64,000 bases of DNA from the human T2T-CHM13v2.0 reference genome, Homo sapiens, in assembly GCF_009914755.1 (NCBI RefSeq), contig NC_060944.1. One strand, 5' to 3'. Within the stretch, counting starts at the first letter, position 1. The number at the start of each line of letters is the position of its first letter. The notes below the pieces were generated by a model that was not told where the DNA came from, made no database searches, and saw nothing but the letters and a program-made list of their open reading frames with translations. Made by a program: the position numbers and the translations under genes. Shown piece by piece: positions 1 to 17,656 of this stretch.

Positions 1-451
1 AGTGAGCCAAGATCAGGCCACTGCACTCAGGCCTGGGTGACAGAGCAAGACTCTGTCTCAAAAAACAAAACAAAACAAAAAACAAAAATGTAGCATGTAA
101 CCATAGATATCATATAAGAATGTCTGAGTTATGCAGGATAGTCAGCTGGAAAATTAGTTACAAGAGAACAGCAAATAAAAGTGAGAGTGTTGCAACAGTT
201 TTAGTTACAACAGTCCTATAGAGTTGCACATTATTATCCTTTGTACTGAAAGATTCACTAACAACCATGACATTATTCATATATACAAATGCAGCTAAAA
301 GGAATGATGGGACATGAATCTTTTCCACATTCTACACTAGAACACCATTCTTAGGTCTATAGCTACAGTAACCGTTTATAGGGCTTTTCTCGTCATTTGT
401 GACTGAAGACTCATGAAACACTAGTCAATTTTCTTTGTTTAAAAAAAGTCA

Positions 452-769
<318 letters not shown>

Positions 770-1205
770 GTCACTTCATCTCTTCTTCCTTCAGGATAAG
801 TCAGTATATCTCTAAGAGCCTTAAGATAAAAAAGAACATGGATGAACCTTGAAAACATCATATTAAGTGAAAAAAGCCAGTCATAAAGGATACATTTTTA
901 AAATCCTATTTATATAAGAGGCCCAGAATAAGCAAATCTATAGAAATAGAAAGTAGATTGGTAGTTGCTTAGAGCAAGGGAAGGGGGAGGAGCGGGGAGA
1001 ATGAGGGGACTGAGGAGCGAAGGCCATTCTTTTTGGAATAATGATAACTAAAATGTTCTAAAATTGATTGTGGTGATAGACAGAAAACTCTAATATTCTA
1101 AAAGCCACTGAATTGTACACTTTGAGCAAACTATATGGGATATAAATTATGTCTCAATAAAGCTGTTAAAAAAAGGCAAAAGAGAATTGCCTAAAACAAT
1201 CATCA

Positions 1206-1516
<311 letters not shown>

Positions 1517-1903
1517 TTATATTAATGCATATATAATCTCCTTAAAAGTTAAGAACTATGTAGTACAGTTAGGCAGTTACAATTTTTACATCATCTGACA
1601 TCCACCGAAATGGAACTTCTGACCAGCCACAGTTCAGCAGCCAGGCTAAGCTGGCTGCATAACTGAACTCATATTTATAAAAAGAGGGGAACTGAGATGT
1701 AGCAAAAATTGTTTGTTGTTATTCCTTGCTTAATAACAATAATCATTAGGAGAGCTAAGGAGATAAACTACACTCACAATAACTGGAATATTCAATGATA
1801 ATTATCCCCATTTTGAGGCTAAATAGTGATTCACCAAGGCCAAATAGGTAACAAATAATAGGGTCAAAACTTACTTGAATCCCACACGCTTCTCTGTATA
1901 TCA

Positions 1904-2297
<394 letters not shown>

Positions 2298-2635
2298 TTA
2301 CAGGAACTTTTAAGTCAGATCATATGTAAAATGCCTGAAAAAATATTAAAATGATATCAGATCTAATAAACTCAGAAGTGAACTAAAACAATAAAATGTA
2401 GTGGGGTTATTCATCAAGTGCTTCTTACCACAAATGTAGCTTTCTGTAAATTCAGGCTGAATATGAGGCACATAAAATAGTTATTGATATGAATAAAGGT
2501 AAGATTGTAAATCCAAAACACATATTGGATGAAATAATTGAAATATTACTTAAAAGTCAAAAATCACCCTTATTTCTGGTAGAGGAAAGAAAGCAGAATG
2601 TGTAAGATTTGTGGTCACCAAAGAACAAAGTTTCA

Positions 2636-3509
<874 letters not shown>

Positions 3510-3939
3510 TTAAAAGAAGAACCTCACTAGCAGAAAAGTCTGAAAAAATAGTGTAGGTAAGTCTATTAAGTAATATTAATCTCAGGTAGAAAACAAAAGG
3601 ATCAATGAAAAAAGTCATGGCAGTTGATTATTTAGAAACAGAATAAATTATATGGAAAATATCATTTTTTCCTCAGATATGACCAGACAGCTATATAATA
3701 TAGTTTCCTGAAGTAGGTTATTTCACTGGAAATCAACAGTAGATAAAATACAGTTTTTATATAATACATTTTTAAAAAAAGCTTTAGGAATGCAGCTGTC
3801 CATTTACTCCCCTTAGAACTGTGTCACGCTTTTATATAATTCTGGTGTTCTAAATGGATGGTGGTAGTGAATTGAAATAGAGAAAATGAAGACACAGAAA
3901 ACAAAAGTCACAGCTGCATTCTGAACTGAATGCTTTGAA

Positions 3940-4921
<982 letters not shown>

Positions 4922-5386
4922 AGAAACTCTTATAATATAGCATTCTTATGGATAAGCAACTCTAAACCAAGTACAAATTCATCAGCTCAACACTAAAGGC
5001 CTCCCATGAATTGGCCCGGACTTTTCATCCTCATTCTCCACTATTTCTCTAAATACCAGACTTTAGTCAAATGCATTAGTTATCGTTCCTGAAGATGACT
5101 CCCTATCTTTTTTCTTGATACTTCCACTATCTGCACATCCCAGGCTATCCCCAACTATCTCATAAAATTCTGTCCATCCTTCATAATGTACCTCAAGCAA
5201 TACAACTTCCATGAAACCTGCCTTGACCCCATAAACCTTCCCCTGAACTTCAATCTTCTGTCTTTCTATCTTCCAATATTTTTCCACACTTTGTATCATG
5301 GTCTGCTGAATACTTGTCTAATCTCGGATTCTGTGTGAGACAGTAGTCAAAGTAAAAATTATTACCAAGGAAAAATCTTACTCTCT

Positions 5387-5820
5387 TGAGTGGATTGAAT
5401 GGTGGCCCTCAAAAAGATATGTCCATTTCTTAACACAAGGAATCGGTGAATGTGACTTTATTTGAACCGACTTTATTTAAGAAAAAAAAAAGGGTCTTTG
5501 CAGATATAATTTAAGGATCTGGAGATGAGAGCATTTTGGATTATCTGAATGGATTCTAGATCCAATGGCAAGTGTCTTTATAAGAGAGAAAGAGAAGACC
5601 ATATGAAGACAGAAGCAGAGACTAGAATGTGTGGAATCACCAAAACCTGGAGGAGGCAAGGAAGGATTCCCCTCTAGAGTCTTTGGAGGGAGCACAGCAA
5701 CCCTGCTGACACCTTGATTTTGGACTTCTACCTCCAGAACTGTGAAAGAACAACTTTCTGTTGTTTCAAGCCACGAAGTTTATAGTAATTGTGTTACAGC
5801 AATGTTAAGAAACTAATAAA
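5387..5820 (+). mobile_element. MLT1-type MaLR solo LTR
   Basis: TGAATGGTGGCCCTCAAAAAGATATGTCC...CCCTGCTGACACCTTGATTTTGGACTTC...AACTAATA. Confidence 0.8.
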
Positions 5821-7071
5821 CCCCCTTTGCTCCATCTGATTCTGACAAGTCATTTTTATTTACTGCAGTAGCTCTGCAGGAGCATCAGAAGAGATTTAAA
5901 AAATATAGATTCTGCCCCCTACCCCAAATCTCTTCTTATTCTCCTGCTATTATCTGCAAAGATCTCTGCACTTCCATTATCAATAGCCCTCCAGAGGTGC
6001 CAGTACAGGATAACATCTGAATAGTAAAGAGACTGTATTCTTGTGAAAAGTTGATAACATCCACTGTGACAGGTGGTGGGCTCTAGAGGATGAAGGCCTA
6101 GGTTCAAAACTGGACCCTGAACTTGTAAACCTGAACAGGTTACTTCTTTGACATTTAGTTTGTCATCCATAAACAACTCTTTGAGGATTGCTGTAAGCAG
6201 TAAATAGGCAATATATTTAAAGCTACTGGCATAAAAGCTTTTTAGTATAGGTTAACCAATATGAAAGATGATTTTCTGAGTATAATATTGCCCCTGGCTA
6301 TTGATATACTGTTCTGTGATTTAAGAAAAAAAAAATCTTACTACGCCGAAAATTCCATCTGCCCTGTTTACAGAGATAATCGACAAGTTTGAGTAAAAGC
6401 CTTTATTTAATTATAGCCATGCATGAGATTTCCAACACATTTCTGAAGAAGTTTTGCAACTTGTTTCATGCTGAAGAAAATGAATGAAAGCCTACACCTT
6501 TGATTTCCCTTCCCACCCATTTCCCACAAACTACATTAACTCATAATTTGACGTTTCATTATCTGTCAACTTTTTTCATTCAGTCCAAGATAAAGAGACT
6601 ATTTAGATATAATATTTAGGTTCTATTTCAAATTTATATCACTGAGCATAATTTCACATGCTCAGATTTGGGAAGGAACAATAAAGAGATACAGGTAGCT
6701 ATAATTTTTTTTTGGTTTGCCAAGATGAACTTAATAAACTTAACAGATACTGCAGCACCATTCAATCTGCACATTTGAAAAAAAAATTAAGGCAACATAA
6801 AGCATACTGATAGACAGCAGTGAAACTATTAATTTTGAGAATTCAATAAACACTGTCATCAAATGAACTGAATGCTCATTATTCTTACAGTATGATATTT
6901 GCACTTATTTTGCTGTCAATTAAACAATTATGATATTAAATCTGCTAAAGGAAGTGAAGAACTGTATCTGATACAAGCACCTGTCTAATCGGGAAAACAT
7001 AAGTACCATCAAAATGAGAGACAAGCTAAGACTACATACATAATTAACCTTCTATAGAATCTATGGTTTAT

Positions 7072-7359
7072 GGCTAGGTGTGGTGGCTCACATTTGTAAT
7101 CCCCGCACTCTAGGAGGCTGAGGCGGGTAGAACACCTGAGGTCAAGACCAGCCTGGCCAACATGGTGAAACCCTGTCTCTACTAAAAATACAAAAATTAG
7201 CTGAGTGTGGTGGCGCATGCCTGTAATCCTAGCTACTTGGGAGGCTGAGGCAGAAGAATCGCTTGAACCCAGGAGGCAGAGGTTGCGGTGAGCAGAAAGA
7301 GCACCACTGCACTCCAGCCTGGGTGACAGAGCAAGTCTCTGTCTCAAAAAAAAAAAAAA
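7072..7359 (+). mobile_element. AluS
   Basis: Dimer with a small left-arm deletion and TSD TCTATGGTTTA. Confidence 0.9.
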
Positions 7360-8598
7360 GTCTATGGTTTACACAGGAGCAAGCTTTACAACAAGATGGA
7401 AAAATTTTCCTAATTCAAATGATCAAAACTTTAGAAGATGACAACAAAAGGAACGGGCAAACCTCACTTTAAGAAAAGTTGACAAATAAAAACAGGAACT
7501 TTAAAAGCAGGTAACCTGGAAGTTACTTACAATATAAAAACATTCACTACAGTTCATTGCAACTTTAATACACCTAACAGTAGTGAATCCATAAAAATTC
7601 AAATTACATTAAATTTCCAGAGCAAATTTGTAACACGAGGTTCACTTGTAACATTATCTAAATAGCAGTTTCCTTTCCCTTGCCACTGCAGGCTTTCTCC
7701 AACTCCCTGGGGTACTATGGAGGGCCAGTGCAACTCTCTGGTATCAGACTATCCTTAGGGCACATGGAGGGCCCAGGCCAGCTTTCCCAAGAGTGGCCAG
7801 CCAAAAGCAAGGCCACTGGCCAGCTATTCTTGGGCCAGCTGGCATGGAACAAAGTGTCTGGTTCCTACCTCCAAAGCACAGGAGGCTCTGCCAGCTGGCT
7901 TTCAAAGGACTGCACTAGTTGGAATGCTCACAGTTCCTTTCAAACCATCTGGCATTCTTTTAGAACCCTCAATTTACCCAACACTACATTCTGAGATTTG
8001 AATTGCTCAGATAATTGAAGGAGTCCCCACTACCTACCTAGGTAAGAAAAGAAAGAGGCAGAGCAAATGCTAAGTCAATTACTTCAAGAAACAGTTTCTA
8101 CAACTAAAAACTGCTCTCAAGTTTAGCTTGTATATTTTGTATTTTAAAATCTAAAATATTCCCATGATTATTAAGCAAACTTTCAAAGTAAAAACCAAGA
8201 CAAGTAATAAGAGAATAAGCTAAAACAGACTATTTAACATGCAGAAAAGCTGTAGGAATCCCTTAGGGTTAGAAGTACCTGACTCTCCCTAGCCTGAACT
8301 TCTACAGAGCCTGTCTGTATTTTTTATGTGGTCCTCAGAATATACTTCGTACTGCTACATATATTTACCCTCCCAGCTAGCTAGTAGATGAAAAGAACAT
8401 TGTCTTATAGCTGTTTCAAAAGAAAAAAAAATCTGTTGATGATATATTGGGTGTTTTTAAAGCTCCATTTCCAGAAATAAGAAAACTTAATGTGGAATAA
8501 CATGAAGAAAGAACCTCACCTCTGAGAAAACCAAATAAACAAAGAACAGGACTTGGCTTGAAATAAAAATATTTTATCAAGTGATCAAAATGATTTAT

Positions 8599-8905
8599 TG
8601 GCTGGGCATGGTGGCTCCTGCCTGTAATCCTAGCACTTTGGGAGGTGCTGGTAGGGTCACTTGAGCCCAGGAGTTTGAGACCAGCCTGGGCAACATAGTG
8701 AGACCCTGTCTCTACAAAAAAAAAAAAAAAAAAAAAGAAAAAAAATTAGCCTGGCATGCTGGTGTGTGCCTGTGGTCGCAGCTACTTGGGAGGTTGAGGT
8801 GGGAGGATTGTTTGAGCCCTGGAGGTTAAGGCTGCAGTGAGTTGGAGATCACACCACTGCACTGCAGCCTGGGCGACAGAACAAGACTCTCTCTCTTAAA
8901 AACAA
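8599..8905 (+). mobile_element. AluJ with expanded middle A-tract
   Basis: J-type sequence (CTTGAGCCCAGGAG). Confidence 0.88.
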
Positions 8906-9286
8906 ACACACCCCCGCCCCCCACAAAACCAAGAACAGCTGAATCATCATATTGATAGCCCATATACCCTAGGAGATATAGTATTTTGAACAAAAATATT
9001 ATAGAGACCAAGTCAGAGTCAAATATTATAAACTGGAGGAGGCTATAATAATTACTATTATTTTTCATTGAGTTTACTCCCAAGACGAGTACTGAGTTTC
9101 GTGTTTTACATATTATCTCATTTGGAACACAAAACAAACACATGAGGTAGGAACTATTATTAACCACATTACAAATGAAGAAAGAGAGAGGTTAGGAAAC
9201 CTGCTGGAGGTCACATAGCAAAAAGTGAAAGAGCTGGAATTCAACTCCAAGCAGTCTGATGCCAGAGTCCAGGTGCAAGACTGCAA

Positions 9287-9806
9287 ATATATATATATAT
9301 TATATATATAATATATATATTATATATGTAATATGTATAATATATATATTATATATAATATATAATATGTATAATATATATATTATATATAATATATATG
9401 TATAATATATATATTATATATAATATATAATATGTATAATATATAATATAATATAATATATATATTATACATATTATATATTATATATATATTATTTATA
9501 TATATTATATATATATATTTTTTTTTGAGACAGAGTCTCGCTCTGTCACCCAGGCTGGAGTGCAATGGCACAATCTTGGCTCACTGCAACCTCCACCTCC
9601 CAGGTTCAAGCAATTCTCTGTCTCAGCCTCCCGAGTAACTGGGATTACAGGCACCCGCCACCACACCCGGCTAATTTGTTGTATTTTTAGTAAGATGGGG
9701 TTTCACCATCTTGGCCAGGCTGGTCTTGAACTCCTGACCTCATGATCCACCCGCCTTGACCTCCCAAAGTGCTGGGATTACAGGCATAAGCCACCATGCC
9801 CGGCCC
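9287..9806 (-). repeat. Minus-strand Alu (9518-9806) whose tail has expanded into an AT-rich microsatellite (9287-9517)
   Basis: TSD CAAGACTGC(A/C)AATAT flanks the AT tract and the Alu together. Confidence 0.88.
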
Positions 9807-10707
9807 AAGACTGCCAATATTAAGTCATACTTATGAAAGAATGAAATGTAACATAGGGCAAAATTTGATCATTAATATATTCTTCATAAATGTTTCAATT
9901 CTTAAGTGTAGCAAAAAATGGTGAGTAATTAAAAAACATGGATTCTCTTGTTAGAAATTTTTAAAAATCAAAAGCTATTTTACCAGGTCAGTTGTGCCTC
10001 TTTTGCCCATGTACTGAGTAGACACTTGTGCCACCTGCTGTCCTAGGGGACAGAGTGGTAAACAGGACAGATGAGGTCCTTGCCTTCCTGGAGCTGACCT
10101 TCTATTAGGGGTAAGTCACACAAAAATTATTAAACAACAGAATTTCAGAGGGTGGTACGTACTATAGAGGAGGTAGGGAAGGCACGTAAACTTCTCTTTT
10201 GAGAGACTTAACCATGTAGGTAAATAGAAAGGGATAGAGGAGGGTCAGGGAAAAGTTGTTTGCTGAAGCTTATTCTGATTTTAAAGATGGGCAACGTCAC
10301 GGCATATGTGTATGCTGACATGGATAGCCCCCTGGAGAGTTGCTGATGATGCAAGAGAGAGGGCAAAAATGCTAAAGCTGTGAGATATGAGGGGGCATGA
10401 GGTATAGAAGATGTGAGGAGGAACACAGTAGAAAGGGGAGCTTGCCTCCGACAGGAGACAGAAAACATGGGTCTAAGGAAGGCAGATTTCTACATTTGGT
10501 TGGGGGGAAGATGAGTGGTTTCTGTCTGATATCTCCTAAACCCTCAATGAACTATGAGGTCAGCTTATCTGAGTAGGAGGGGTGGGTTGCTGATAAGTTT
10601 AAGGAGTGGAGAGAAGTTATGAAATAGTGATAGGCAAAAAGATCTTATTAAGATTCAATGGTAGCTTTGCCGGGCAGTGCTGAGTGTCTACTTCGGATTT
10701 TTGGTCA

Positions 10708-11396
<689 letters not shown>

Positions 11397-11989
11397 TTAT
11401 GCAGCTCCTTTTGCTTCCATCTTCTCATCACAGAAATTCTTGCAAACAATATATTTGTCACATTTAATAATGACATATTTAATCATGAAGCTCAAGTTAG
11501 TTTCTTTTTGGTCATTTCTTTTTTTGTCATTTCCTAAGGTGGATTTTTAAAAAATGCACCTGACAGCCGTCATGTTGGTTCATTTCACTGCTTAAAAGAA
11601 ACTCTCTCTGATGTCAATTGATATTTTCATTGTTGATTTCATTTAAAAGTAAAAAAACTTAATCCCCTCTCTCAATGAACACATACACATCTACAGTGCT
11701 TAATCTCAATGCCTAAACAGTGGTCACAAGGAAAATGGGAAGGGAGATGCTGGCCTGATGGCGCTGGGCACCTAGCAGTGCCAGGTGCATGTTCTTGATC
11801 TTGCAGCTGTGCTCTTAAAACACAATGCTCAAGATCCAAAACGTTCGGGGGAGAATTCCTGTCTGCACAGGTTCAAGAGGAGGAAACAAAGACCCCACTG
11901 CTTGATGGAGGCACAAAGAATAGCATATTGGGTGAGATGGGGGGAGTATGCACACACATACATATACAGCCTTTTTGGAAAATACAATC

Positions 11990-12945
11990 TACCCCACAAG
12001 CAAAAGTAAAGAAAAATATCTATTCCAAGGTACATCATGAAATGTCAGGAACACCAGGGATAAACTGAAGATCCTAAAATCTTTCAGAGTGGGAAGAAAA
12101 AGGGAATGAGGATTAAAATGACATTGGACTTCTCAATAGTGACACTGGAAGCTAATGGAACAATGTCTTCAAAACAGTCACATTAATTTTCAATCCAGAT
12201 TTTAACACCAAGCTAAACTACCATTCAAGAGTGAAGGTAAAATGAAGGCATTTCCAGACATGTAACTTCTGAATTCAGGAAGGAATTTCAGATTTTGTAT
12301 GTACCCTTTCTCAGGAAGCTACTCAAGAATAAGGAAGACACAGGGTCCAGGAAATAGAAGACCTAACACAGGAGGAAGGCAAAGGGAATTCCCAAGATGA
12401 TGACAAAGGGAAGTCCCAGGATGATGGCTATGCAGTAGTCCAGGGAGCAAACAATTCCAGACTGGAGTAGGAGAGAGGGGGCTCCAGCAGGACCATCTCC
12501 TGGGGAAAAGATATGAAAGTGAGTGACTACCTGAGAATATTCAAAGATAATCAGTTTTGTCATAGAGTTTGAATGAATTAGTGACTGATACAAAGAAAAC
12601 TCAGCAAATGAAAACCAAACAAACAAAAGAGGCAATTATTTAATTCAGGAGCAACAAAAGTTGTTCAAGAAGAAAACACAGTAATAGCACCCTACGTGGC
12701 TCAACTGTGAATAACAGGTACACTGTCAGTCATATAAATCCTGAATACCGACCTAACTGTCAAGTATGAGTGGGAAATGGAAGGATAGTTATGTGAGACA
12801 GTTAAGTCTTCAACTTCCAAAATAGAAGTCCACAGAGAATATCCAAAAGTGAAGAGCTAAGAAATAGCAGTATAAACATTAAAAATGAAATAAGTATAAA
12901 GGTAAATACCAAAAGAAACCAGTAAGAGTTGAGAGTGGTTTAACT
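11990..12945 (+). mobile_element. Ancient L1M/HAL1-like ORF1 remnant
   Basis: GACTTCTCAATAGTGACACTGGAAGCT...GTCTTCAAA ORF1-type motif; A-rich. Confidence 0.55.
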
Positions 12946-13083
12946 ATATAATATATAAGACTGCTGATTTTGATTTTTTCTCAGTCTCAACATGGCAATT
13001 TCATATGATTCAAGCTAACACATTGTAATAGCATTATTACTGATCTTAGAATAAACTCCCATTTAAAACAATAAACAATTATT

Positions 13084-13410
<327 letters not shown>

Positions 13411-14441
13411 TTATTGATAGAGAATGCTCAATGGAAAAATAAATTACTTTTTATTATGAGACATTACTGGGAGGATAATAGATCCTAGTTAACAAAGTGT
13501 TACCATCTATGCTCTTACCATCACTAACATAATATTACTATTCTAATGAATAAATATTTACTATTAAAACAGCACTTAACATTATTTTATCTATTTTAAG
13601 GATCTAAAAGTTAGTTTAGATTTTTTCTTCAATCATCATACTACAGAATGCTAAACTATGGGTTGGCAAATACTTTGATTAACAGAATGCTGAATAACAA
13701 GGCCAGGCTGTGTTTAGGTTCCTTTGTTGATATTAAAAATAGCTAAGTCACTCTTGCAAAATTAAACTTCCATGAAATTGCGATACTGTGCAAGCCTATT
13801 TCAGTGATAATTCCGGTTATGCTACTCTGTTTATCTAAGACTTCCCCTTACGGTTTGTTTTAAGGAGACTCCTAAAAAATGTCTTATGCAGTCAAGACAG
13901 GCAGTTTATAAATGTACTGGGTTACTTCAACATTAGTGACTTTAGTTAGTAAAGCTCTTGTTTTTTTTTTTCTGCTTCATTTTTCCTTCATAAAAGCCTT
14001 GTTTTAAATTAACTTATCTGAATTAAATTAATTGATATTAAGATTTTATTTAAATCATGCATTAAAACCAAAACATCCCCAATTGAAAAATCAACTTTCA
14101 TTAATTTTTTTTTACTCTTACAAAAAAGAATTTGAACGTGGTAAGAATTTTACTAAGAATAATGTATCCTGAACTGACCATGGAAAATTTCCCCTTCAAA
14201 TTAAAAGCAAATGTTTTAAACAGAGGGAATATACATAAACAGATGCTGTGGAAGACTGCTTAGTTTACATTTCATTTTCCACTGAAAACTACTAGGAATT
14301 AAAATACATGTGATTTTTAAAAATATTACAGAGAATCTTAAAGAAAACAGAACCCATACAATTATTCATATCATCCAATATAAGCGCCTCTTAATTTTTT
14401 AAAACCGCTATTTTGAATCCAAAGATCATAATAAAAATAGC

Positions 14442-14736
14442 TTTTTTTTCAGACGGAGTTTCGCTCTTGTTGCCCAGGCTGGAATGCAATGGCGCGATCT
14501 AGGCTCACTGCAACCTCCGCCTCCGGGAGTTCAAGCGATTCTCCTGCCTCAGCCTCCCGAGTAGCTGGAATTACAGGCGCTCGCCACCATGCCCGGCTAA
14601 TTTTTTGTATTTTTTTAGTAGAGACAGGGTTTCACCATGTTGGCCAGGCTGGTCTCAAACTTCTGACCTCTGGTGATCCACCCACCTCGGCCCCCCAAAG
14701 TGCTGGGATTACAGGTGTGAGCCACCGCACCCGACC
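14442..14736 (-). mobile_element. AluS (Sp/Sq-like)
   Basis: Full dimer with TSD CATAATAAAAATA. Confidence 0.9.
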
Positions 14737-15688
14737 CATAATAAAAATACCTTGGAGGTGTGTTTCTTGTAAATGAGTGGCTAATTTCCCAACACCCTGT
14801 AAAAGTATATGGGTAAAAAGAAACTGAAAATCATCATGCAACCAGAGTTAACAACTATCTTGCAAAATTCATATCATTTGTTTTAAAACCAAAATAGCAA
14901 GGAAGAGCTGGTGCTATCCCAATAGCCTCTTTTTAATTGGTCTACAACAACTGCAACTCTTCATAACTTTACCAACACAACAAAGTCAGGCAGGCAGTCT
15001 GACAGAGTCAACGTTTGTGGGAACCTACAGCGCTTCCTTCTCTCTCTGGAGATGAGGACAATGAAAAAAGGTGTTCTGTTTTCCAGTAGTCCTGTAAGAG
15101 GAGCCATTGAGCTGGGCTGTACAACCAGACAACAGAACACAGGAAAATTCACATCAAAGCAAGGGCGCATGCCAGGGTAATATGCAATAAAACCCTCTGC
15201 CAAAGCATTAAGGGGAAAAAAAAGCAAGGAGGTAGAGAGAACCTGCTGGACTACCTTCTCATTAACACAGGGAGGCAGAAAGAAACAAAATCTGCCTGTA
15301 TTCAGGAGCGGAGAAAACTGTGTCCTAGATATATTGGAGTATTCCTATAGACATGTTTATGAGCATTCGGACAAATTATCAATGAACTAAACCCAGAAAG
15401 CAGTGTCCTGTACGGTGGAGTATTCCTATGTAGACAGACATGAGAATCTTACCATTAACTAAGCCCAAAAAGGCAAAGTATTCTAGAAACACAGATATAT
15501 GAGAATTTAGATGCACATTTCCAATGAATAAAACCCACTGGTTTTACAGTGAGAAAAAACTGTTTGAAATAACATCAGGTGAAGAATTGGGTAAAGGTGT
15601 GATGAAGTTATATCCCCTCCCCTTTTCCTCATACCCTTTTTGACAATCTCTGATTCTCTCATTTCATAGATGTCCCTTTCACTTGAAT

Positions 15689-15691
<3 letters not shown>

Positions 15692-15723
<32 letters not shown>
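15692..15723. repeat. (CA)n microsatellite
   Basis: About 16 CA units. Confidence 0.9.
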
Positions 15724-15724
<1 letters not shown>

Positions 15725-15949
15725 CATTAGGTCTCCAGAAACAAAGGAGGGTCCTTAATTCTCCGGCCTGTGGAACCACACACGCCCCCTGCCCACAGAT
15801 GGTGACTTTCATTAATGAGTAAGCCGAGGGAAGAGGTCTCCACCCCGACCACTGCCATGCACACTGTGACAACGGGGCACGAGACAAGCGCCACAAAGAA
15901 AGGGGAGGAGTGGACGGGGACCAGGAAAACACTGCCACGCCGCACCCCC

Positions 15950-16730
15950 CAAGGCGCGCGCCCACCGCCAACGCGGGGGCAGCGTCCTCGCCATCCTCCT
16001 CCTAGCCTCCCAGCTCATCCCAGCCGCCTCCCACGCCCGGGGACCCGATGCCAGGGCTTGGGCGAGCAGGACGTGCGGGGGCCCACGCACCTTCCCTCCG
16101 TGATCTCCAGGTGACAGCCCCGCTCCGCCCTTTGTGAGGGACTCACCCTCCAGTCCCGGGGCCGCGCCGGACCCTCCTCCGCGTCCCTCCTCAGCCTGGA
16201 GACACCGCCTCACCCCTGCACACCGCGCCCGGCCGGCCGAGGCGCCGGGAGAGTGTGTGTGTGTGGGAGGCTGGCGCGGGCCCGCGGTCTCCTCAGCATC
16301 CCGAACCCGGAGCGGCTCGGTCCCCCAAACCCCAGCCCGGGGGCGGCGGCCGCGGCGCTCCCGCCCTCGCTCGCTCACTTACTCGGGCGCGCCGGTGGCA
16401 GCGGCAGACGTGCGGGACCGTCAGCGCCCTGCGGCGGGCGGCAGGCTGCGGGCGGCGAGCGTCCGTCCGGACAGAGCGCGGCGGAGGTGGCGGCGGCTGA
16501 CTGCGCCCGGCGGCCCCTCGCGAGGGGCGGGCCCGCCGGGGGAGGGGCGGGCGCCGCGCCTCTCATTCATGCAGCGGGGGCGGGGTGAGGGACCCGGATG
16601 CCCGGGCAGTTTCCCCACCCACCTCGGCGGAGGGCTCGGCGGCTTCAGAGTCTGCAGTGCGCAGGCGCGGCGCTCCCTGGCCAGGCCTGGTGCGGCCCTG
16701 GCCGCTGGCTCTGTTCCTGGTTAGAACTAC
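15950..16730. promoter_or_regulatory. CpG-island promoter with GC boxes, an NRF1-like site and a CGCG palindrome
   Basis: Very high GC and CpG density. GGGGCGGG boxes at ~16524, ~16544 and ~16577. GCGCAGGCGC at 16659-16668. GCCCCTCGCGAGGGGC palindrome at 16513-16528. Confidence 0.9.
16383..16504 (-). other. RNF24: Non-coding first exon (5' UTR); TSS position approximate
   Basis: Minus strand reads GCAGTCAGCCGCCGCC...CCCGA|GTAAGT: an initiator-like start just downstream of GC boxes and a consensus donor, inside the CpG island. Confidence 0.65.
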
Positions 16731-16738
16731 GCCAGACA

Positions 16739-17656
<918 letters not shown>

